Assembly: GCA_040954595.2 (NCBI GenBank)
Contig: CM082582.2
Span: 9,353,483 to 9,417,482 of the forward strand
Direction of reading: 5' to 3'
Source of the DNA: Balanoglossus misakiensis
Taxonomy: Eukaryota; Animalia; Hemichordata
Length of the DNA: 64,000 nucleotides
Made by a program: the position numbers and the translations under genes. Position 1 is the first letter of the stretch. Each line of letters starts with the position of its first letter. Shown in pieces: positions 43,764-56,000 of the stretch. Below the pieces are notes generated by a model. That model ran no database searches. It was not told where the DNA came from and worked only from the letters and a program-made list of their open reading frames with translations.

Positions 43764-46700
43764 ATAGTATTCCCTGTGCAACGCACTCATTCCCAACACT
43801 CGACACACAAACGGGGGACAAATGACACAACTCGCGTTCAGATTCATTTTCTTCGGAAAGCATTTTTATTTTTACTTGTTAAACTTCTGTATGACAAAAT
43901 ATAGACCTAGGCTACAGCATTGTCCATTCTGTCGAATTAGTGACAGGTATACGATCTAAGAGTTTTTTTTTTCTCCGTAAGTACAACCAGCTGGGAGTGG
44001 CACAAGTCAGGCCCAGAACTCAAGTAACCCTAAGTATAAAAATAGTTCTCTTTCAAGAATTCCGGACCTGTCTGTGCGCACTTGGAAATATTCGATACAG
44101 GATTGAGTATTTACACACTTGAAGACCAACAAGGTTGAAGATCAAGATATTGGTGGCATGCAAGTTTTACAAGTTCATCACGTAAGGAGCATCCATGGTG
44201 CAGAGACAGTAAAAGCGCAATCTTACTCTCCAACACTTGTTTTGTATAATATATTTGACAAAAAATCATAGATTCGTAATTTTGTCACTTTTTCAGCTCG
44301 CACCAGAATGCTCCGTGATTTTGAAATTTTTTTACCAGGTGTGGTTATTATTTCTACACTTTTTTGGTGAAATCGAAAAACCTCAAATTAATGCATCGGT
44401 AGTTGATCTAAAACTAAAATATCAAAACTGTTAAGAAATTGAGAGTGTCTATTGATCGTCTGCCCAGGCTTTGAACATCGTGAATATTGTTCTCTTGATG
44501 TGTTTCTGGCTCAAGTGAATCGAAATACACTCAACCGTCTCATTCCCTCGACAAAATAAATCGAAAACAACTTCTAAAAGTTATGGGGGCTTGAAGTGAT
44601 CGCTGATGCACTAATTTGTAGGATTTGTTTGCTGTAAAGTCATCACTGACATAGTTTGCCTTCTGTAACAGAAGTTTTGGCTGTTTATAATTAAAGTTTG
44701 GTCACTTCTCTGTAATTCATTTTATCAAGTGAGTATGGTGAATGAGTGAGTGAGTGTATATGCATGAAAGCTACATGTACATGGTACAAAGAATAAATAA
44801 TACTGTTGAGATGAACGACTAAGTGACTACAAAACAGAACCTTGTGAGACAGGAAGTGTTCAATGCAGTGGACAATAAATGAGGGGGTGGAAATCTGACA
44901 TTTTTGAATCAAAAATCGTGTCACAGTGCAGGATTTTTTGTACATAAGTATTTCATTACAAGCAGTTCTGCCAACATAGAACCTAGCCAACACTGATAGA
45001 ACCTATTGAAAAACATGTTAAATATGTACACAGGTACACAAAGACAAGATGCTGGGTCTTTCGTGTCGCCATTGCCTCAAAAACTCGGGAGGTTTCACGT
45101 CTTTCTTTGCAAAAAAATGTGCATCTGACGACAGCTTTGACAAGTACAGACACAACTAGATACTTTGATTTTGCAACAAGATGCGTAAAAAAGACATGGT
45201 TGACTGTGAAAGCCCAGCATCATCTGTCACAGGTTGAAATCGAACATACAAGTTGGAGTACTTTCGTTGGCACCTGCCATTGTCATCATGAATCAGGAAA
45301 AAAAATAATACATGAGATCTTACAAAATCAGAAAAGCAAACTCGCAATGCTCCCAAAAAAATTCATTGTGAAATTAGTTGAAACAAATCTAAGAATACAA
45401 ATCAGTGAACCCTTCAACCAAATTAAATTGTGATCATTCCCTGGTGCAGTGGTGTCGTTAATTCTGGCTGGTAAAATTATAAAAAAAATTATTATTCCTC
45501 TGCACCAGTTAAAATGCTGCTGCCCCAATGGAAATAGTCTACACACTCCACAAAGTAAAGAACAAAAATTTTGGTCTTGCAATCGGCATATAAATAAACT
45601 GTAATAAAAATGCATATTAAATAAAGTAATATTTTTTCAAGTTTAAGTTTGTACAACCTAGCCAAGATGCTTCTCTTTTTTGCATTTAAAAGATATATCA
45701 TAGTGTTGACAATGCAATCGTTGCTCATTGTATGTCGAATGAGAACACACGCTTGATATACATTTGTAATAGTAACTGTTTATGATAAGAGCAATGAATT
45801 AAAATCCAAGATGAAAAGCCACTGATTGTGTTATTTTCTTACAAATAACAAAGTCCATTGAATACACATGCATCAAGAAAGACATGCGTAGCTATATCAC
45901 TCAGAAGCATATTTAAGTAATATATTAATGGTTATTATTTCTCAATTTTCCATGCTGTTTTAAGGTGTTCTTGATGTTGCCCTGTTTCTCACAGTATTCC
46001 CATTTGTAACTGTTTGTTAGTTGTACCAGGTTAAAGAAAAATGCACAAGGTTCACAGATCTCTGCAAGACTTGACATTTATCAGGCTCGATCGATAGCAT
46101 GCACATGCAGGATAGCGGGTTGGGGGTGGGGGGCAGGGTTAGTTCACACAGCTTTGAACTGTATGCAGACAACTGGTCACTCTGGTCAGGGAACACCTAG
46201 CTTTGAGTCTCTGGCACAGGGGCGCACACAGTTATAGCCACAATGCATCGTATTTATAAAAACAGCAATTCTGCCTATTGCTATCGTACACTCCTGAGGT
46301 ATCTAGGAAGTACTCTCGTATTAGTCTTGCACAAAACAGAACAGAACAGAAATGGCATCTCTGAACACATCAACACAAGTTCTTTATTAATAAGTACAGT
46401 GTGCATTCAAGGTGAAAATTGCCTTTTAACTGCTACCGATGCGGGTCACTTTGCAAGGGCAAGCTGCTTCTTTTCCCGCTTGCAAAGTTCCTCCCGGTTT
46501 CGGTCGGGCAAGGGACAAACAAAATATTTTCTGCTCAATTTCTTGTGCGACTTGAAAGATGCCATATCCATGCTTAATCCGGGTTATTTTCAAAATTACA
46601 GAAACATGCAATGTAAAACGGGCCTTTGCTGTTAAAATGAAATCATGCAAAAAAGCTTTCTTTGGATCTATAGCAAAAACGGAAGACAAACTACTTAAAC

Positions 46701-48826
46701 ATATTTTGGCTGCACACGAAATGGCATCCACGTATAATTCCCTGAGGTGAATTTTTTTGTCTGCCCATTGAATTTCCTAGAAAATCCTCTCAAATTGTGA
46801 AAAAAATATATACTCCATAAGGAACAAATATCGTCAGACATCATACTTTTATGGAAATGCCATGAATATTTTGTCGGTTATATGTGTACTGTAGTTCCTT
46901 TTCCTCCATGGAATATTCCCTTTTTTGGAAGATCTAGGTGAAACTCAATCTGCAGAGATACAATCAAAACTGATCAAAAATTATATCTTGGCAAAAAAAT
47001 GGTACAATCTCCACCTGGCCATTTCAAATAAAGATATAAAAATACAACACATCTGAAGTTTGGGAGTATTCACTCCCTTACCTTTCTTTTTTGAGCACAA
47101 TTGATGCTTAGGTGTTTGCACAGGGCAAAATATCATTTTCTCAAATCGAAAGCACTGGCAGTTTTTTTTCTGTATATCCATCAAAATTCAGAGAAGAGAC
47201 CTGTTAATCATATGCTATATAAGTAAGTTATATCAATAAAATCTAATTCTCAGAAAAAAAATTAATATGAAATTAAGTAAGGATCGCGGTACAGTAAAAT
47301 AAAGGTATCAAAATCACCAAAAAAATTCGGTTTCGACATTAAGGCATCTCTTCTCGTCATTTTGAGGATATAGTTGAATGCTTATCAGTGTCAGGAGTAC
47401 CCCTGAAATACTTAAACATCTCATTCTGTGTCGTAAGTTCGTGACTAACTTAGCCTAGGCCATACACAGCTCCAACTTTGATAAAACAAAATTTGTTAGG
47501 AAGATCACAATCATATTAGTGAAACACAGAGCTACGATTTCAGCTCCGTTGGTCAACTGATCTTGCAAGCAATTTTTAAGTGTTATTCTCTGCAACATAA
47601 CCCTGAAGAACGTAATTAAAAAAATACCTTATACAGGCAATGACATGTATGAACACAAAAAAAACAAAAAGACACAAAAATTACTTGTCTACGTTTTAGC
47701 AAAAAAATTATATATAAACAAGGCTGTCTCTCTTGTAAGTACAGCAGGCCAGTGATTTCAATTTGGCACAAAAAACACTGACTGGGACAAAAAGCGACTT
47801 TAAAAAGTTCACGGAACCGATCAAGTTGTTTCCTCATTTTTTACGCAAAAGCATACTGGACTGAATAAAAGTAAGTACAAGCCATGCCATGCTACAAATT
47901 TGTCCAGTTCAAATTTGATTTACTTTTTTATAATTTCCAAAAAACCATCAACGCTGCAAATGGGTTTTTCTTATAGGTACTGAAACACGACTGTTATCAT
48001 TATTCCTATTTAAGCACATATCTTATATATAAATACATTTTCGATTCTCCGTGAACACCTCGACAGCCCCACAAGGTAATTTCTGCTCCATTTCCATGAA
48101 ACGACCACAAAACTATACTGTGACAGTTGACTAATACAAAATGTACTTTTACATCCCAAAAAAACTTGTCGACATTCTCTCTTTATCAAGCGGAAAAAAG
48201 CTCCATAAAAACTCTTCACCTCAGCAGTACGACTACATCACATTGTAAACAACGAGTCAAAAGCACCAAATATTACAAAGTTACCACTGCTCACTGTTAA
48301 AAGTTTCCCAACATGATACAAAATATTTCTCAAGGTGCAACCAGACTTACACTGAGGTAATACACTTGGAAGCAAGGCTCAAATAAACTCTGCATCATCA
48401 TATTTTTAAAAAAAGAGAGAGAAACACCACATTTCAATTAATTTTTTACAAATACTGTATAGTCCACTTTTCTACAGGCAACTTTTCTCTGTAAGTAGTT
48501 TTGCATTCTATCTACATAATCATAAGCATCTACAGAAAAAGTGAAGTTTTCCATCAAATCAATATCACTTATCTCCACTGTCAAGAAATTCATTTTTGCT
48601 TTTTCAAAGGACAGGTTTGTCAAGATAAGATGCAAAAAGAAGGTAAATATTGAGGTATATAGTAGAGAGCAAGAAGTTCCTCGCCCAATGAAATCATCTA
48701 TTTATTAATTAATATTTCAGCTATGCTTGAAGTGTACCTCAACAGTTCCAACAAACATTGTTTGTATTAAGAATCCCCCGAGCATCGTCGAGAGGGCATT
48801 TTTAAGTAGAGTCACCATCGGTTACT

Positions 48827-51800
48827 TTAGTGATGAGCGTTTTCGGAGACTTTGATTGCAGAGCCTTCGTTCTTGAACTCGTACATCAAGTTCTCCTTCT
48901 TGATGAACTCGGCCATGCTGGACTCTGGAATGTGTGCATGGGCCAGCATCGGAGAGTGGTTCTGGATGACGGAGATCTCGTTGGGCTTCATGGGGATGCC
49001 GTTGGTCAGGCTCGGGTACTGGAAGAAGGTGCCGTCCATGGGCCGGCGGCCGAGGAAGTCGGTGCGGAAGATCTCGCCCTCCTTGGGGCTGAGGATCATC
49101 GGGGGCTCGATGGTCATGCGGCGGCCGCGGCGGGTGGTGCCGCCGTTCCACATGTGGGTGCCCATGTGCACCTTGAGGTTGCCCTTGGTGGTGAAGGCGC
49201 GGCTGCAGATGTTGCACTGGAAGGGTTTCTCGCCCGTGTGGGTGCGGGTGTGGATCTGCAGGGCGCTGTCCGACTGGAACTGCTTGCCACAGGTGTGGCA
49301 CTGGTGTCTCGGTTTAGGCGAGACATTCTCAGGGGGCCGTTGGATCTTAATCTGTTGTTGTTGTTGCTGCTGTTGTTGCTGCTGTTGTTGCTGCTGCTGC
49401 TGTTGATGAAGGTGGTGGTGGTGGTGATGGTGGAGGTGGTTGTTGTTATTGTTGTTGTTCTCTTGCGGCAATGCTGCCAGACCGTTTCCGTTGCTGGCGC
49501 TGTAGATGCTGCTGACGGCCATGTTGGTGTCGAAGATCTGCGATGGCAGGTCGCGGATTTTGTGGGTCAGCATGTGCTGCTTCAAGTTGCCCTTGGTGGA
49601 GAAGCCCTTGTCGCAGATGTCGCACAAGAAGGGCCTCTCCTTGGTGTGGCTTCTGTAGTGGATCTCCAGAGCACTGGCACAGGCAAAGACCTTGCCGCAC
49701 ACGTTGCATGTCGTGTTTGATATGCCCCGCTTGGTGTAGGTTGGCAGCCGGACCATTCCATCGGATGGAGAGAGAGGGATGCTGTCGTGTGGTGAGGTTG
49801 GTGCCGACATGCTGAATGCATTCACGGATGTCGACAGGGGACTTGGGTTAGAGTTCTCGGTGGGTTTAGAACTCAGATCCAGTGCGCCATTCTCGTTCGC
49901 ATAGGACTCGTCAATCTGCAGTGGGGTGTCGCTCAATTCGTCGTTCTTCGCTCGCGGGCTGAGGGAGCCCGATTCTGAGGTAGCTGGTTCCATGTTGAAA
50001 CTGCTGGTTGGGGAGTTGATGCTCGATGGGGAGTCCACGCTGTAACTTCTGCTGTGCGGGCTCGCCACGTTCCTGGGCTTGGCGCTGGACACCACCGACG
50101 TGGCGGTGTGGTGCAGTGCGTTGGCGATGGAGTCGACGCTCTTCATGCTGGTCGGCCCGGGTCTGGTGATCACACTAGCAATGCTGCGCACTTGATTCTC
50201 CAGGGCGCTCAGTGAAGCTGCCCCTGTAGCGATGGGGGATGCAGTAGAATTATGAAGCGCACCCATTGAAGCCATGCTCACAGCAGCAGCTGGGGAGGAA
50301 ACCGAATTGGATTCTTCTGCCTGCAGGGCTTCGTCTCTCGACGGTGTTGGGCTCGCCTTGCTGGTCATGTCGTTGTTGGACATCAGAGATTCGGAATCTT
50401 CACTCATGGCATCAACGTTGAAAGACCTCTCGGCGTTGAAAGATCTTTCGATTCTATCCTCCATGCCTGCTGCCGCTTCAGCGGATTGCTCTCTGCTCTC
50501 GGTCGACTCCATGCTGTCGTCCATCAGCTGGTCGATGTCGGGCATCTGGTACATCTCGGTGGTTGTGTAGGCTTCGGGAGGAATGTGGTGCGGCAGGTCG
50601 CCGGTGTGCATACGGATGTGCTGCTGCAGCACCAGGGCGTTGGTGAACTGCTTGTGACAGACCGGGCATTTGTGGAAGACTCTCATTGGCGGCTTGGAGC
50701 GGTGCACCCCGTAGTGGGTCTTCAGGTTCCCCTTGGTGGTGAACGCTCGGGTGCACATCTTGCACTTGTAGGGGCGCTCGCCGGTGTGGGTGCGGTAGTG
50801 CATCTGCAGGGCGCTCTTGCAGCTGAGGATGCGGTGGCAGATGACGCACTGGTTGGGGTCGGTCAGCTTCTGCTCGATGTTCTCCACCAGCTGCTGCAGC
50901 TTGGAAGTCTCCGAGGTCTTGATGCTGTTGTCAAAGACACTTGAGAATTGTGAGGTAATAGTTGTCTTTGGAAGTAAAGATTGACTAACTATGGCTGGAT
51001 CTGATTTTGGAATGTTTGGTACAGACATTTGTGGGAAGGTCATTGTGGACACTAGAGTTGTCATGGATCCGGCGTCGCTCTGGTGGCGGGTAGGTGAGCT
51101 TGTCCAGAAAGGCTTGGTTGATCCATCTTGTGGACTTTTGGGCATTTCAGCTGAGGTAGTCATTTGATTTGTGTCACTCTGCTCCGTCTCCGGTTTTTCT
51201 TCGCTGCTGAACTCGTCTTCTTCGCTCAAGCTCATATCCTCCTTGACTGTCTCGCCGTTAGCAGCTTCGGTGTTCTCGGATGGGCTGTCTTCTTCCACGG
51301 CTTCGGGCTCCTGGTTTTCCGCGGCGTCGTTCTGCAGCAGAGCGGACTCTCCGGCTGATGGCGACGGCATCGACGGATTGGTGGCGTTGCTGGGCAACGA
51401 TGGAGACGTCACCGGCAGGCTGGGGGAAGTGCCGTGCTCCGGCAGGGAGACCGGCAGCTTGGCGATGTCGCTGGGTATGGTGGGGATGGGCAGGTGGTAT
51501 CCGGGGAAGGTGAACGCCTTTCTGCTGGTCATCTCTGGTGGTGTCTGCGGGTGGGGTCGGCCGTCCATCTGTATGTGCGGATACTTGGCCTGGTGGCGCT
51601 GGAAGTGGACCTTCAAGTTGCCCTTGGTGGAGAAGCGGTTGCCGCAAATGTTGCACTTGTACGGGCGCTCCCCGGTGTGCGATCGGACGTGGATCTGCAG
51701 CGCGCTGTCACTGCCGAACACCTTGTGGCAGAACCGACACTTGTGCTTGAAGAAGGGGTCGTCGTCGCGGATCTTGGGGTCGTACACCGCCACGTTTGGG

Positions 51801-53016
51801 GGTTTGCCCTTGCGGTGCATAGGCATCATGCCGACGCTCATCTGCTGGATGGTCGGTGGCAACAGCGGGTTGGGCGACGTCATGGCGGTCTGCTGCAGGA
51901 TCTCAAACGGTGTTGGGTGCTGAGCGAACGGGAACGCCGTGGTGGGAGGCAGAATAGTGGAACTCGTCTGACTGTGGCTGAGACATGTCGGGGGTAAAGG
52001 TGGTGGTGCCTGTAGTGGGACCTGATGCTGGGTGGTCTTGGGTGGTAGTGGCGGCGGAGGTGGAGGAGCCTGCTGCTGTTTCGGCTGCGAGGGCTGCTGC
52101 TGCTGCTGCATGCCGCTGTGAGGTGCAGACGTCACGGCCGGTAGTGGTACCTGCTGGTGGGTCAGCAGTGGTGGTGGTGGTGGCGGAGGTGGTGGTGGTG
52201 GACCCGGGAGAGAAGGAAACGTTGGGTGGCTGTTCTCGCTGCTGTGCGGGGTGGTCGGAGTACTTGCACTGGTCGGCGGCGACAGAGCCGAGTGAGGTGT
52301 CGGAGGTAAAGATGGCGGCGCGGTCGTCGTGGGCGCCAGGGACACTGGGGGCATCATGGGCGGCCCCGTGGACAGGCTCAGCAACTGGTGCTGCATATGT
52401 TGGATAAGGTGAAGCTGCTGGTACTGCTGCTGCTGCAAGGCATACAACTGCTCTTGGAGAGAGGCAACATTCTGGGAATGCTGGGCACCGGATGAGGGCA
52501 GGGGCAGTGGCATCATGGTCGGGAACTGGGCCACTGCGACGTGCGTATTCTCGAGATTCTCCAATGAGACGCAGCTACTGGTAAGAGGTAGACTTGTTGT
52601 GCTATCATTAGTATTTTCGTGATTATCTTTAATGGCTTCTGGGCTTGTACAGTCCATGGCTTCATCCTTCATATTGGTCGATTCCGCAGCATCTTCATTC
52701 TTGTCGACTTTGCTAATTTCAGAAGAATTAATCCTTCCGTCGTCTTGATTAGTTTCTACGTCGTGGTCAGTCTTGATCCGTTTGATACGACTGTTCAGTT
52801 TCTGGGGGCCGTCGTCGCTCTCGCTGACGTGTTCGTCTTCGTCGAAGATCAGTACGATGCGCTTCTTAGTACAAGTCTTTTTGTGTTGGAGGAAATCAGA
52901 GATGACGATGAACTCCCTGCGACATCTGCCGCACACATGGACATCACCGCCAGTCTCTTCGTCGCTTTCTTCTTCAGTCTGTAAGTTATCATTGTGTTCG
53001 TCGTCGTTTCTAGAAC
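48827..53016 (-). CDS. SALL: Spalt-like (SALL) zinc-finger transcription factor, main coding exon (~1395 codons); N-terminal exon not in window
   Basis: Acceptor TTTTTTACAG|G at 53017, phase 1, open to the stop at 48827. C2HC finger [18 protein letters not shown]-rich helix, four finger clusters (2+3+2+2) carrying the SAL-box [29 protein letters not shown], and C-terminal [15 protein letters not shown]. No MSRRKQ-encoding exon found in 53017-64000. Confidence 0.96.
49352..49459 (-). repeat. Coding trinucleotide repeats giving N7-HL-H7-LH-Q18 in SALL
   Basis: (ttg/ctg)n, (gtg)n and (gtt)n runs on the + strand; 36 codons between finger clusters 3 and 4. Confidence 0.95.
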
Positions 53017-56000
53017 CTGTAAAAAATAAAGGGAAAACGGGTCAAAAATATGCAAAAAATTTGTTCCTGCTCATGCAATTTAACCAAGAAAAACCCCAAT
53101 AGCTATAGCTGAACAAAACTCTTATTGGCACGTGGGTAAAACCCAAAGTGATATCTACACTGAACTGTACCATCAATGTCAAGTGTGACGCGTCAGAAAC
53201 ACAGTGCAATTTGCACCTGTTGGCCACTTTTTCTAAAGTGATGACACGATCGATGAAGACAAATGTACAGCACTGTCAAAAACCCCAAATTAGCACACAA
53301 ATCATTCAAAGACACTTTCCGAAAGCAACAATACCCATCACAAGTCCACAACTGTCTTTTTGAAGCAAGAATCCCTCAAGTTGGGAAAACACTTGGCCAG
53401 AGGTATAGTACGTTATGCATCCGCCCTTTAACTGACCTCTGCCGACATTTAATATTCAAGTTTCCTTCTTTCAACTCTCGAACACAGTAGAGTAAAATTA
53501 CCAATAAAACAAACTTAGTCTAAAGAACTGTCAGGGAGGCTGATATAACATTCCCAGACTTTGAATGCGCAAGAAAAAATTTGAATCACTTCAGGTTCCG
53601 TGGTCCGAAATTTAAAATTCACACATTGTACAGACGACAAAGGACACCATGAATTCCTAAGACCCACTGGGTTCTCCACAGAGAGTTCTTTTGTACGAAA
53701 ATGTCCACAATGCGTTTGAATCTCATCCAATGTCGCGGGCTGTTGAAACAAACTTAAATAATGGCAGCTTTTCATCATGCTAGAGAAATTTTCCTTTTTT
53801 CAATTCACAGAGGGACACAAAGGTTCACTTTATTTGACAGTGTTGCTGTAAATAAGAAATACATTACATAAAGGTCAAACGAACATTTTATTTTGCTTCC
53901 CCTCGTGGTTTCCTTTCAAACCATACAATTCAGCTGTCAATATAATCAATGAGCATGACCAAATCTCGGCATGGGATTTATATCCGTCCCCTTCTTTTCT
54001 TTCACAGCTTATGTTTTAGAAGAGAAAAATTAACGCAAAGGGTGGCCGCGGGGGCTTCTAGTAGCAGTCAGTGGTGAAGCTCAGGAGGCCATGCCTTCAC
54101 TAGTGAAAACCCTTTCTTCCAAACTGATGAATTCTGCAAGAATTACTTGACGGCCATATTATTACATTTCGTGTGAGCAGAATATCAAATCTGTCGGCTA
54201 ATGAAGGTAAATTGGATGAAAACTGAGCTTAGCATAGCCCGGAATCTGCAGTTATGCATTGGCAAAATAATGACAACTGCGATCAGATAAGGCAGTCTTT
54301 TGGGGACCGATCTTAATGTTCCCTCAATCTCACTTAATAACAGATCTGCTAAATGAGGTCAAATTAGCCTGCTTTAACATGTGCCGTAATTTTCTCCATT
54401 GCTTCTATTGAAAAAGATGGCCTTCGTTTTGGTTCTTATAATTGTAGTTATTGATCCCGCAGTAAAAGCCATTTTGCAGAAAATCTCTGTCTAAGACTTG
54501 TCTGTTTCTTCAATTGACAGTCAAGTGGTGTAATTAATATTAAAAACTCGGGCGCACCTTTGAAGTTTGTGTAGAAAGGCCCACTTTAGGGGCTACAAAT
54601 AAAGTTTTGTCCATTTTGTCATAAATTAACACAATCATCCCATCCCCTATAAATCTTTGGAGCAGAGCGGCGATAAATCCAGCTCCTGTTTCTGACCGCC
54701 CCATCATCTCTCTCTCCCCTTAATTCGCTTTCACTGCTGCACACACTCTCTGCTAAACAAACCTCACCTCACCCGGCCACAGTCCTAACACGTCATTTTA
54801 GATTCTACAAGATTGCGCTGTCAAACTGCAAGATTGATGCTGATAAGATTTTTCCCCTCCTCCCCACTCTCTAAATTACACCTTTCCTTCATCAGTACAA
54901 CTTTGTTGGCATGGCGACCGGGATGAACATGACAAAAGCCATGAATATTGGCCGTCAAAGAGGTCCCACCTGTCCGGTGGCGAGGAGGCACGGTGAATCT
55001 TAATTACTCACTAATATTGTAATCGCCACCCGAACATGTCTATCAATAATCGCGGATCAATACGCTAATTTCGCTGACCGCTGTACGCAGACCTTCGATT
55101 TTATTCACGACATTAGCCGGCAGAAACAAGATCCCCGTCAGATTAGCTACACAAAATTTGATAACACTCCATCAATCACGGGGGCAAATGACAGCCTTAA
55201 TTCTAAGCATTTCACAATTCATATTTACCCAGGACAGCACACTCGCCAATACATGCAAATTGCCACGAAACAAATTCATAATTTATTGATAAAATTCATT
55301 CCACGAGATAGAACGCTAGTCGAGATAACAGCGGGGTGTTTTGATTTTTTGAATACTTTATTGCTCCCCTGATATACAGCAACTGAAAGTTCGACATTAC
55401 ATGCTCTGATGGCTCATAATATCAACGCTGAAATGTTCCACGCATTCTCCCAAGCGTCATTTTCACTGAAGATGCAGCTGTAAGTTTATTACTATAACTC
55501 ACTGTCTTGTAAATATTTTTTACGTTATGGCACAGTTCACGACCCCCCAGCCCCAATTATACACCAATTCAGTTGAAAATGAAGTAATTTGGAATATGAC
55601 ATGACATTTGATTTAAAAAGTAATAGACTGGATCATTTGAAATTCTAAACAGAAATTTCATTGCCTGATAATAAACTTTGCTGAAATTTGCTGGCTGCTG
55701 GGCTCGCCGTGTTGTATTAGAAACATATCAGGGAGAAATTAACCTATGAATTTTATAGTTATTTTTCTGTCATAACCCTAGTCGACCTATGTCACCTTAA
55801 AGGATTAATTTGCAACATAATAGCGAAGATTATTGCTCATCTGGGTCTTATATTAAATCTGATCTGCCCCGACAGCTCAGTGAGCTAAGGTCTACAGGGC
55901 TGAGCTGCCGTCATCAGACGTCTGCCCTCTAGAGGTCACTTATCCGGATGGCTTTCTTTAACACTGTTCACCTGCCTATGCACAGGTATGGGTGGGAGAA

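Noticed and set aside
48822-52407. Numerous overlapping ORFs on both strands within SALL (e.g. 48830-49720, 51171-51923)
   Set aside because: Antisense or off-frame shadows of the SALL exon; the poly-L and poly-C runs are the polyQ repeat read in other frames.
48827-52936. ORF-track start of SALL at 52936 (MCGRC)
   Set aside because: That codon is GTG (Val) inside the C2HC finger; the frame continues to the splice acceptor at 53017.
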